From Balanoglossus misakiensis (taxonomy: Eukaryota > Animalia > Hemichordata), in assembly GCA_040954595.2 (NCBI GenBank), contig CM082597.2:574759-638758 (forward strand): a stretch of 64,000 nt of DNA. The letters run 5' to 3'. Made by a program: the position numbers and the translations under genes. Below the pieces are notes generated by a model. It was not told the DNA's origin. It searched no databases and saw only the letters and a program-made list of their open reading frames with translations. This document shows positions 39,146 to 50,900 of this stretch, in pieces. How positions within the stretch are numbered: position 1 is the stretch's first letter; each line of letters opens with the position of its first letter.

Positions 39146-42100
39146 TGTGTGATTTCACCTTTCACTTAATCCTGTGTTCTTCACATGCTGCATTCTTTTC
39201 CACAGAATGTAACAAAGGTTATGAAAATTGGTGTATCCATGGTGACATCTTTGTCAAATTAGGCGGCGCTTGTGATTGCCAGTGTTGGCCTGGTTCATAC
39301 GGCGAGAGATGTGAAGGTAAGAGATATAAAGTACACACAAACTATGAAACATATTGAATAGTATAGTTGGCGAGTGTAGAACGGACTAAACCAATATGAT
39401 AAACTCCAACCCATACGTTATTCATATTCAATCATTAATACTACACTCTGCCTTAACGTCCCAGAATATGATTATGATGACGTCATCAACAAGACAATCC
39501 TGTTTTATGAGACCCAACGATCTGGGATGATATCTCAAGACAATCGAATTTCCTGGAGAGGTGATTCTGCATTGGGGGATATGGGTTACCATGGTGAAGA
39601 TCTCACTGGTGGTTGGTATGATGGTAAGATGATGATCATTATTCCTGACGTCACATTCCGACAAAAGATGAAAACAAGGTGTTCGCCATCTTGTTTTAAG
39701 TGTGAACACAGAGATTGGCAGCCATTTTGAATTTCCAATTTTGAGACAATTTGCTTTCTTATTCAAAACATACTACCTTAAATTTACTTCTATCCCTTTT
39801 TATAGCTGGAGACCACATCAAAGTCACTTTCAAGCACACTGCCAGTGTGTGGAAACTGGCATGGGCGTTTCTAGAATTCAAAGACGCTTATGACTTGGCT
39901 GGTCAGACCCAGAATTTCTACAAATCTCTGAAATGGGGAAATGACTACACTATGAAACTACACACCAACAGAAACATCAACTCAACAGTGTTTTACGTGC
40001 ACGTGAGTGAATTGTTATTCCAACACAATAACGAATATTCAGTTTTATTCATGTTTTAGAACATTTATTCATTGATGAAATCATCAGATTACATGAGTGT
40101 ATACAACCGATCAAATGCATGACGGTGATAAACTAACGGCAATATTTACTGTTTCAGGTTGCTGATCCAGGACTTGATCACTCTTACTGGGGTAGACCAG
40201 AACAGATGATGATGTCACGACCTGCCTATCCATCCAATACAACTCACCCTGCTACAGAAGTGGCGGGAAATGGAGCCGCATCTCTTGCTGCATCTTATCT
40301 GGTCTTCAAGGATCACGGTATGTCTTCAAGTCAAAGATCACTTTTATACACTTGAACAACCAAGATTTTCATTGTGTCCACACGTATTTTCATGTATTAT
40401 TGCATTCAATATTAGGAGAGAACCATTTGTTTTCTTGGGGGTGGTCGAGGGTTTGGGTAGGTCAGCAACTTTTCAGGCACTGATAAAGACGTTTTCTTCT
40501 TATTGTCAGTCGTAATATTTTCAAAGCATTGCAGAAGAAAATTGTTTATCCCTCTTCACCATCTGCTATCAATTCCCCCAACCCTCCACCCCAGAAATGA
40601 AATGGTTCTCCCCTTACGTTATTTTCTATTAACGTGCTGATGCAGATCCAACGTACGCCGCAGAATTACTGAGCCATGCCAGAGAATTGTACGAATTTGC
40701 CAACCAGTTCCGCGGTACGGTGGAAGAAAATATTCCAGAACTGGATTTTCTGTAAGTGTAGATATTGGATATTCATGTAATGTACATGTTAATTGCACAG
40801 GGACTGTAATAAAGTGACCAATATATAGAGGTGGCTACTAACATCATTTTAGCCCATGAATATTCATGTATAATTTTAAGTAAAGAAATCAAGACATGAA
40901 AGCCCTAAATCTAAATTTGGTAATTGAACTTTTCCTACTTAGGAGCGGTTCATATGGAGACGAACTCACCAACGCTGCATTGTGGCTGTACATAGCAACC
41001 AATGAAACAGCTTATCTAGATGCAGCTAAATCCTTCTATGTGGAATTCGGTCTTCACAAAGTTGATGCTTTGTTTACTAGAAACCGAATAGACATCGCCC
41101 TCCAGGTAAGATATAGCAATTACATATGTTACCAACTCTCAATGTTTTTATGCTTATCCGTTAAAAGTATAGAAGATAGCAAGAATAGTTTCAATGACAC
41201 TAAAGTAATGCCTTCGTGTGTGGTCTGCCGAATAGGTAAAGATGTATCTGGTAACTGGTGATTCACAGTATTTAACACCGTTCACGGAAGGTCTGGCTAA
41301 ATGGGGCAGAAGCCAGATAACATACACACGCAAAGGACTGGCTATGTATACATGGAACCGATCAATGAAAAGAGCCGGTACGTCAGCATTCACTGTTTTT
41401 ATGTCGCCAGTGTTATTATCATATCAACATCCGCGCAAATTGATTTAAGGTTGCTGCCATACGTAGACGTAACAGTAACTTGTGATAGTCTAGAGGTGGC
41501 CACTAACACAGATTTGACTGTATGTGTTAATGTGGTATATTTTTAGCCGACATCAGCTTCCTGGCGCTAATTGCCGCCAAGCATGGTATCCAAACTGAGG
41601 AGTACTTTGAATTCGCTCGAAGTCAAATCCATTACATGCTAGGAGACGGCGGAAGAAGTTACTTAACTGGGTTTGGAAGATATCCACCCGTACGTCCACA
41701 CCACAGAGGCAGGTGAGTGCCCCTCTACGTCCAAATCAAATATCTACATTGGGTCATTTGTCCGGTAGAAGAGCTATGATTAGTTCCTGAGCTATTAAGT
41801 GTTTCGTAAACCTTCAACAGTATAGGTGAACGCCTCCATCTATGACCACTTCATATAAACTGACTGTCTAACTGTTTGTTTGTTGTATGTCTGTCTGTCT
41901 GTCTGTCCTCAATGACATTGAACTCCGTGTGTTGGCTATTTTCTCTACTTCACACGTCCACTGTACACCATTCTAAACTCCATTTTACAATGTTTACAGT
42001 TCTTGTCCGAACTTACCGTTGCCATGCGGCAAAGATGAGCGCAACTCACCTTATCCAAGTCCTCAAACACTGTACGGTGGATTGGTCGGCGGGCCCGACG

Positions 42101-42383
42101 ATCGAGACAATTTCTTCGATGAACGACGTAATTGGGAACAAAACGAGGCTGGAGTAAACGTCGCTGCTTTTCAAGGAGCTGTAGCAGGTATGATGTTTTT
42201 TAAATTTTGTTAGATAGTATGCATTTGCGCGTATGTGTATGACTGACTGACTGAATGAATGAATGAATGAATGTATGTGTGTGTGTGTGTCACTCAAATA
42301 TTTAAATTTCACATAATTATTGAAATCCACCTTTGTCCATTTTCTCAGGTTTATCCTATTTCCGGTTACAAGAAACCACATAG
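35412..42383 (+). CDS. Secreted C-type lectin-EGF-C-type lectin-EGF-GH9 (endo-beta-1,4-glucanase family) protein, 796 aa, 17 exons
   Basis: GT-AG exons with continuous frame: 35412-35489, 35623-35674, 35980-36274, 37441-37511, 37793-37897, 38270-38564, 38960-39027, 39206-39316, 39465-39623, 39806-40002, 40158-40317, 40646-40751, 40943-41105, 41236-41377, 41547-41712, 42000-42187, 42349-42383 (TAG); 2391 nt. GH9 motifs: ILFYETQRSG, WRGDSAL, DLTGGWYDAGD, DHSYWGRPE, YGDEL, SQIHYMLGDGGRSYLTGFG, PHHRGSSCP, LYGGLVGGPD...QNE. Confidence 0.9.
35980..37897 (+). CDS. C-type lectin domain 1 plus EGF-like domain 1
   Basis: MTWEDANYYC...IYLG...W..GEPND...CAVI|SADHGYFNWTNYNCSGGAAFICQ, followed by the six-Cys CKRDPFWCVRG...CSCDCDNRWGGPLCD. 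Confidence 0.88.
38270..39316 (+). CDS. C-type lectin domain 2 plus EGF-like domain 2
   Basis: ASYFEAEQFC...IYVDL...WLSGEPQSGEECAVI|SPADSYRWISVNCSDENKFMCE, followed by CNKGYENWCIHG...CDCQCWPGSYGERCE. Confidence 0.88.
39062..39151. repeat. (GT)n/(GCGT)n microsatellite in an intron
   Basis: Directly visible in the sequence. Confidence 0.95.
39465..42383 (+). CDS. Glycoside hydrolase family 9 catalytic domain
   Basis: DAGD catalytic-base motif spans the 39623/39806 junction; HHR motif present; catalytic acid Glu in EQNEA in exon 42000-42187. Confidence 0.93.
40412..40616. mobile_element. ~200-bp PIF/Harbinger (Tourist)-like MITE in a GH9 intron
   Basis: TTA|GGAGAGAACCATTT ... AAATGGTTCTCCCC|TTA: terminal inverted repeats flanked by a 3-bp TTA target-site duplication. 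Confidence 0.65.
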
Positions 42384-42696
42384 ACTTCAACCACGCGCAC
42401 CGTTAGACCCGACGTCGGCACAAAATGGCATGTTATTTGTGTGACGTGTTAACGGAAGTGACCTCTGCTCTCCCAGCCTACACCTCGCGCTAAAATAAGC
42501 CTATTGCAACACAATTGTGGAGTGATTGTGATTGCAACAATTTATTGAACTGAGAACAACCCCTCGTCGTTGAGATCTGTGATGTCAGCCCAAACATGTT
42601 TTTTTGTGTGCCTTTAACTATCTCATCTACATACATATCATGTGATCCTATATGGCAACGCTTATTTGTGATTCGTTTCTGTAACCTGTTAACTGA

Positions 42697-42702
42697 AATA
42701 AA
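42697..42702 (+). terminator. Candidate polyadenylation signal of the lectin-GH9 gene
   Basis: AATAAA ~315 nt after the stop codon and ~130 nt before the satellite starts. Confidence 0.4.
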
Positions 42703-42829
42703 TGTAGGTGTATTGTCATGACAACAAATAAGTCTCTGAGTATTTGTATAAAATGTTTCAAACATTTCAGAAGATGATAATCAAAATGTTAATGAACAAT
42801 ATTAGAAGTAGTATTCACACATAAATGAA

Positions 42830-43620
42830 AAATTATCGACTTTGCGAATTTTGGTGTTTTTGTCATTTTTGGACATTTCTAAAGGGTTATACATCATGAT
42901 TTTTTTTCAAAAATGGCCAATTTTCGACTTTCCGAAATTTGAGATTTTGGGCCTTTTTCGACATTTTTCATGGGTTATACATCATGATTTTTTTTCAAAA
43001 AATGGCCAATTTTCGACTTGCCGAATTTTCACATTTTGGGCATTTTTGAACATTTTTCATGGGTTATACATCATGATTTAAAAAAAAAAATGACCAATTT
43101 TCGACTTCCCGAATTTTCACATTTTGGGCCTTTTTGAACATTTTTCATGGGCTATACATCATGATTTTTTCAAAACATGACCAATTTTCGACTTGCCGAA
43201 TTTTCACATTTTGGGCCTTATTGAACATTTTTCATGGGGTATACATCATGATTTTGTAAAAAAAAAAATGACAAATTTTCGACTTCCCGAATTTTCACAT
43301 TTTGGGCCTTTTTGAACATATTTCATGGGTTATACATCATGATTTTTTTCAAAAATGACCAATTTTCGACTTCTCGAATTTTCACATTATGTGCCTTTTT
43401 GAACATATTTCATGGGTTATACATCATGATTTTTTTCAAAAAATGACCAATTTTCGACTTCCCGAATTGTCACATTTTGGGCCTTTTTATATAACCCATG
43501 AAAAATGTTCGAAAAAGGCCGAAAATCTCGAATTTCGGCAAGTCGAAAATTGGTCATTTTTCGACAAAAACCATGATGTATAACCTATATGTATAAAAAA
43601 TGTTCAAAAAGGCCGAAAAT
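42830..43620. repeat. Diverged edge monomers (~88-90 bp) of the satellite family, with an orientation switch at ~43490
   Basis: About 7 copies of CATGGGTTATACATCATGATTTTT...TTTTCGACTT(C/G)CCGAATTTTCACATTTTGGGCC, then reverse-complement copies (ATAACCCATG...AAGTCGAAAATTGGTCA) from ~43490. Confidence 0.85.
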
Positions 43621-46600
43621 CTTTTCTTTTCATGAGCTATAACCCATGGTTTTTATCAAAAAACGATCAAATTTTGAAATTTCGCGAGGTCGAAAAATTG
43701 ACATTTCTGGATGATTTTCATGAGCTATAACCCATGGTTTTTTATCAAAAAACCACCAAATTTTGAAAATTCGCGAGGTCGAAAAATTGACATTTCTGGA
43801 TGATTTTCATGAGCTATAACCCATGGTTTTTTTCAAAAAACCACCAAATTTTGAAAATTCGCGAGGTCGAAAAATTGACATTTCTGGATGATTTTCATGA
43901 GCTATAACCCATGGTTTTTGTCGAAAAACCACCAAATTTTGAAATTTCGCGAAGTCGAAAAATTGACATTTCTGGATGATTTTCATGAGCTATAACCCAT
44001 GGTTTTTGTCGAAAAACCACCAAATTTTGAAATTTCGCGAAGTCGAAAAATTGACATTTCTGGATGATTTTCATGAGCTATAACCCATGGTTTTTGTCGA
44101 AAAACCACCAAATTTTGAAATTTCGCGAAGTCGAAAAATTGACATTTCTGGATGATTTTCATGAGCTATAACCCATGGTTTTTGTCGAAAAACCACCAAA
44201 TTTTGAAATTTCGCGAAGTCGAAAAATTGACATTTCTGGATGATTTTCATGAGCTATAACCCATGGTTTTTGTCGAAAAACCACCAAATTTTGAAATTTC
44301 GCGAAGTCGAAAAATTGACATTTCTGGATGATTTTCATGAGCTATAACCCATGGTTTTTGTCGAAAAACCACCAAATTTTGAAATTTCGCGAAGTCGAAA
44401 AATTGACATTTCTGGAAGATTTTCATGAGCTATAACCCATGGTTTTTGTCGAAAAACCACCAAATTTTGAAATTTCGCGAAGTCGAAAAATTGACATTTC
44501 TGGATGATTTTCATGAGCTATAACCCATGGTTTTTGTCGAAAAACCACCAAATTTTGAAATTTCGCGAAGTCGAAAAATTGACATTTCTGGATGATTTTC
44601 ATGAGCTATAACCCATGGTTTTTGTCGAAAAACCACCAAATTTTGAAATTTCGCGAAGTCGAAAAATTGACATTTCTGGATGATTTTCATGAGCTATAAC
44701 CCATGGTTTTTGTCGAAAAACCACCAAATTTTGAAATTTCGCGAAGTCGAAAAATTGACATTTCTGGATGATTTTCATGAGCTATAACCCATGGTTTTTG
44801 TCGAAAAACCACCAAATTTTGAAATTTCGCGAAGTCGAAAAATTGACATTTCTGGATGATTTTCATGAGCTATAACCCATGGTTTTTGTCGAAAAACCAC
44901 CAAATTTTGAAATTTCGCGAAGTCGAAAAATTGACATTTCTGGATGATTTTCATGAGCTATAACCCATGGTTTTTGTCGAAAAACCACCAAATTTTGAAA
45001 TTTCGCGAAGTCGAAAAATTGACATTTCTGGATGATTTTCATGAGCTATAACCCATGGTTTTTGTCGAAAAACCACCAAATTTTGAAATTTCGCGAAGTC
45101 GAAAAATTGACATTTCTGGATGATTTTCATGAGCTATAACCCATGGTTTTTGTCGAAAAACCACCAAATTTTGAAATTTCGCGAAGTCGAAAAATTGACA
45201 TTTCTGGATGATTTTCATGAGCTATAACCCATGGTTTTTGTCGAAAAACCACCAAATTTTGAAATTTCGCGAAGTCGAAAAATTGACATTTCTGGATGAT
45301 TTTCATGAGCTATAACCCATGGTTTTTGTCGAAAAACCACCAAATTTTGAAATTTCGCGAAGTCGAAAAATTGACATTTCTGGATGATTTTCATGAGCTA
45401 TAACCCATGGTTTTTGTCGAAAAACCACCAAATTTTGAAATTTCGCGAAGTCGAAAAATTGACATTTCTGGATGATTTTCATGAGCTATAACCCATGGTT
45501 TTTGTCGAAAAACCACCAAATTTTGAAATTTCGCGAAGTCGAAAAATTGACATTTCTGGATGATTTTCATGAGCTATAACCCATGGTTTTTGTCGAAAAA
45601 CCACCAAATTTTGAAATTTCGCGAAGTCGAAAAATTGACATTTCTGGATGATTTTCATGAGCTATAACCCATGGTTTTTGTCGAAAAACCACCAAATTTT
45701 GAAATTTCGCGAAGTCGAAAAATTGACATTCTGGATGATTTTCATGAGCTATAACCCATGGTTTTTGTCGAAAACCACCAAATTTTGAAATTTCGCGAAG
45801 TCGAAAAATTGACATTTCTGGATGATTTTCATGAGCTATAACCCATGGTTTTTGTCGAAAAACCACCAAATTTTGAAATTTCGCGAAGTCGAAAAATTGA
45901 CATTTCTGGATGATTTTCATGAGCTATAACCCATGGTTTTTGTCGAAAAACCACCAAATTTGAAATTTCGCGAAGTCGAAAAATTGACATTTCTGGATGA
46001 TTTTCATGAGCTATAACCCATGGTTTTTGTCGAAAAACCACCAAATTTTGAAATTTCGCGAAGTCGAAAAATTGACATTTCTGGATGATTTTCATGAGCT
46101 ATAACCCATGGTTTTTGTCGAAAAACCATCAAATTTTGAAATTTCGCGAAGTCGAAAAATTGACATTTCTGGATGATTTTCATGAGCTATAACCCATGGT
46201 TTTTGTCGAAAAACCACCAAATTTTGAAATTTCGCGAAGTCGAAAAATTGACATTTCTGGATGATTTTCATGAGCTATAACCCATGGTTTTTGTCGAAAA
46301 ACCACCAAATTTTGAAATTTCGCGAAGTCGAAAAATTGACATTTCTGGATGATTTTCATGAGCTATAACCCATGGTTTTTGTCGAAAAACCACCAAATTT
46401 TGAAATTTCGCGAAGTCGAAAAATTGACATTTCTGGATGATTTTCATGAGCTATAACCCATGGTTTTTGTCGAAAAACCACCAAATTTTGAAATTTCGCG
46501 AAGTCGAAAAATTGACATTTCTGGATGATTTTCATGAGCTATAACCCATGGTTTTTGTCGAAAAACCACTAAATTTTGAAATTTCGCGAAGTCGAAAATT

Positions 46601-49600
46601 GACATTTCTGGATGATTTTCATGAGCTATAACCCATGGTTTTTGTCGAAAAACCACCAAATTTTGAAATTTCGCGAAGTCGAAAAATTGACATTTCTGGA
46701 TGATTTTCATGAGCTATAACCCATGGTTTTTGTCGAAAAACCACCAAATTTTGAAATTTCGCGAAGTCGAAAAATTGACATTTCTGGATGATTTTCATGA
46801 GCTATAACCCATGGTTTTTGTCGAAAAACCACCAAATTTTGAATTTCGCGAAGTCGAAAAATTGACATTTCTGGATGATTTTCATGAGCTATAACCCATG
46901 GTTTTTGTCGAAAAACCACCAAATTTTGAAATTTCGCGAAGTCGAAAAATTGACATTTCTGGATGATTTTCATGAGCTATAACCCATGGTTTTTGTCGAA
47001 AAACCACCAAATTTTGAAATTTCGCGAAGTCGAAAAATTGACATTTCTGGATGATTTTCATGAGCTATAACCCATGGTTTTTGTCGAAAAACCACCAAAT
47101 TGTGAAATTTCGCGAAGTCGAAAAATTGACATTTCTGGATGATTTTCATGAGCTATAACCCATGGTTTTTGTCGAAAAACCACCAAATTGTGAAATTTCG
47201 CGAAGTCGAAAAATTGACATTTCTGGATGATTTTTCATGAGCTATAACCATGGTTTTTGTCGAAAAACCACCAAATTTTGAAATTTCGCGAAGTCGAAAA
47301 TTGACATTTCTGGATGATTTTCATGAGCTATAACCCATGGTTTTTGTCGAAAAACCACCAAATTTTGAAATTTCGCGAAGTCGAAAAATTGACATTTCTG
47401 GATGATTTTCATGAGCTATAACCCATGGTTTTTGTCGAAAACCACCAAATTTTGAAATTTCGCGAAGTCGAAAAATTGACATTTCTGGATGATTTTCATG
47501 AGCTATAACCCATGGTTTTTGTCGAAAAACCACCAAATTTTGAAATTTTGCGAAGTCGAAAAAATTGACATTTCTGGATGATTTTCATGAGCTATAACCC
47601 ATGGTTTTTGTCGAAAAACCACCAAATTTTGAAATTTCGCGAAGTCGAAAAATTGACATTTCTGGATGATTTTCATGAGCTATAACCCATGGTTTTTGTC
47701 GAAAAACCACCAAATTTTGAAATTTCGCGAAGTCGAAAAATTGACATTTCTGGATGATTTTCATGAGCTATAACCCATGGTTTTTGTCGAAAAACCACCA
47801 AAATTTTGAAATTTCGCGAAGTCGAAAAATTGACATTTCTGGATGATTTTCATGAGCTATAACCCATGGTTTTTGTCGAAAAACACCAAATTTTGAAATT
47901 TCGCGAAGTCGAAAAATTGACATTTCTGGATGATTTTCCTGAGCTATACCCATGGGTTTTTTGTCGAAAAACCACCAAATTTTGAAATTTCGCGAAGTCG
48001 AAAAATTGACATTTCTGGATGATTTTCATGAGCTATAACCCATGGTTTTTGTCGAAAAACCACCAAATTTTGAAATTTCGCGAAGTCGAAAAATTGACAT
48101 TTCTGGATGATTTTCATGAGCTATAACACATGGTTTTTGTCGAAAAGCCACCAAATTTTGAAATTTCGCGAAGTCGAAAAATTGACATTTCTGGATGATT
48201 TTCATGAGCTATAACCCATGGTTTTTGTCGAAAAACCACCAAATTTTGAAATTTCGCGAAGTCGAAAAATTGACATTTCTGGATGATTTTCATGAGCTAT
48301 AACCCATGGTTTTTGTCGAAAAACCACCAAATTTTGAAATTTCGCGAAGTCGAAAAATTGACATTTCTGGATGATTTTCATGAGCTATAACCCATGGTTT
48401 TTGTCGAAAACCACAAATTTGAAATTTCGCGAAGTCGAACAATTGACATTTCTGGATGATTTTCATGAGCAATAACACATGGTTTTTGTCGAAAAACCAC
48501 CAAATTTTGAAATTTCGCGAAGTCGAAAATTGACATTTCTGGATGATTTTCATGAGCTATAACCCATGGTTTTTGTCGAAAAACCACCAAATTTTGAAAT
48601 TTCGCGAAGTCGAAAAATTGACATTTCTGGATGATTTTCATGAGCTATAACCCATGGTTTTTGTCGAAAAACCACCAAATTTTGAAATTTCGCGAAGTCG
48701 AAAAATTGACATTTCTGGATGATTTTCATGAGCAATAACCCATGGTTTTTGTCGAAAAACCACCAAATTTTGAAATTTCGCGAAGTCGAAAAATTGACAT
48801 TTCTGGATGATTTTCATGAGCTATAACCATGGTTTTTGTCGAAAAACCACCAAATTTTGAAATTTCGCAAAGTCGAAAAATTGACATTTCTGGATGATTT
48901 TCATGAGCTATAACCATGGGTTTTTGTCGAAAAACCACCAAATTTTGAAATTTCGCGAAGTCGAAAAATTGACATTTCTGGATGATTTCATGAGCTATAA
49001 CCCATGGTTTTTGTCGAAAAACCACCAAATTTTGAAATTTCGCGAAGTCGAAAATTGACATTTCTGGATGATTTTCATGAGCTATAACCCATGGTTTTTG
49101 TCGAAAAACCACCAAATTTTGAAATTTCGCGAAGTCGAAAAATTGACATTTCTGGATGATTTTCATGAGCTATAACCCATGTTTTTGTCGAAAAACCACC
49201 AAATTTTGAAATTTCGCGAAGTCGAAAAATTGACATTTCTGGATGATTTTCATGAGCTATAACCCATGGTTTTTGTCGAAAAACCACCAAATTTTGAAAT
49301 TTCGCGAAGTCGAAAAATTGACATTTCTGGATGATTTTCCTGAGCTATAACCCATGGTTTTTGTCGAAAAACCACCAAATTTTGAAATTTCGCGAAGTCG
49401 AAAAATTGACATTTCTGGATGATTTTCATGAGCTATAACCCATGGTTTTTGTCGAAAACCACCAAATTTGAAATTTCGCGAAGTCGAAAAATTGACATTT
49501 CTGGATGATTTTCATGAGCTATAACACATGGTTTTTGTCGAAAAGCCACCAAATTTTGAATTTCGCGAAGTCGAAAAATTGACATTTCTGGATGATTTTC

Positions 49601-50900
49601 ATGAGCTATAACCCATGGTTTTTGTCGAAAAACCACCAAATTTTGAAATTTCGCGAAGTCGAAAAATTGACATTTCTGGATGATTTTCATGAGCTATAAC
49701 CCATGGTTTTTGTCGAAAAACCACCAAATTTTGAAATTTCGCGAAGTCGAAAAATTGACATTTCTGGATGATTTTCATGAGCTATAACCCATGGTTTTTG
49801 TCGAAAAACCACCAAATTTTGAAATTTCGCGAAGTCGAACAATTGACATTTCTGGATGATTTTCATGAGCAATAACACATGGTTTTTGTCGAAAAACCAC
49901 CAAATTTTGAAATTTCGCGAAGTCGAAAAATTGACATTTCTGGATGATTTTCATGAGGCTATAACCCATGGTTTTTGTCGAAAAACCACCAAATTTTGAA
50001 ATTTCGCGAAGTCGAAAAATTGACATTTCTGGATGATTTTCATGAGCTATAACCCATGGTTTTTGTCGAAAAACCACCAAATTTTGAAATTTCGCGAAGT
50101 CGAAAAATTGACATTTCTGGATGATTTTCATGAGCTATAACCCATGGTTTTGTCGAAAAACCACCAAATTTTGAAATTTCGCGAAGTCGAAAAATTGACA
50201 TTTCTGGATGATTTTCATGAGCTATAACCCATGGTTTTTGTCGAAAAACCACCAAATTTTGAAATTTCGCAAAGTCGAAAAAATTGACATTTCTGGATGA
50301 TTTTCATGAGCTATAACCCATGGTTTTTGTCGAAAAACCACCAAATTTTGAAATTTCGCGAAGTCGAAAAATTGACATTTCTGGATGATTTTCATGAGCT
50401 ATAACCCATGGTTTTTGTCGAAAAACACCAATTTTGAAATTTCGCGAAGTTGAAAAATTTGACATTTCTGGATGATTTTCATGAGCTATAACCCATGGTT
50501 TTTGTCGAAAAACCACCAAATTTTGAAATTTCGCGAAGTCGAAAATTGACATTTCTGGATGATTTTCATGAGCTATAACCCATGGTTTTTGTCGAAAAAC
50601 CACCAAATTTTGAAATTTCGCGAAGTCGAAAAATTGACATTTCTGGATGATTTTCATGAGCTATAACCCATGGTTTTGTCGAAAAACCACCAAATTTTGA
50701 AATTTCGCGAAGTCGAAAAATTGACATTTCTGGATGATTTTCATGAGCTATAACCCATGGTTTTGTCGAAAAACCACCAAATTGTGAAATTCGCGAAGTC
50801 GAAAATTGACATTCCTGGATGATTTTCCTGAGCTATAACCCATGGTTTTTGTCGAAAAACCACCAATTTTGAAATTTCGCGAAGTCGAAAAATTGACATT
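43621..50900. repeat. 88-bp tandem satellite, orientation A (~83 monomers)
   Basis: Unit CATGAGCTATAACCCATGGTTTTTGTCGAAAAACCACCAAATTTTGAAATTTCGCGAAGTCGAAAAATTGACATTTCTGGATGATTTT. The same register recurs at 43921 and 45241 (1320 = 15 x 88). Confidence 0.97.

Noticed and set aside
39465-42383. Recent horizontal transfer or bacterial contamination as the origin of the GH9
   Set aside because: The GH9 is split by eight spliceosomal introns and fused to metazoan domains, and GH9 is an established ancient gene family in animals.
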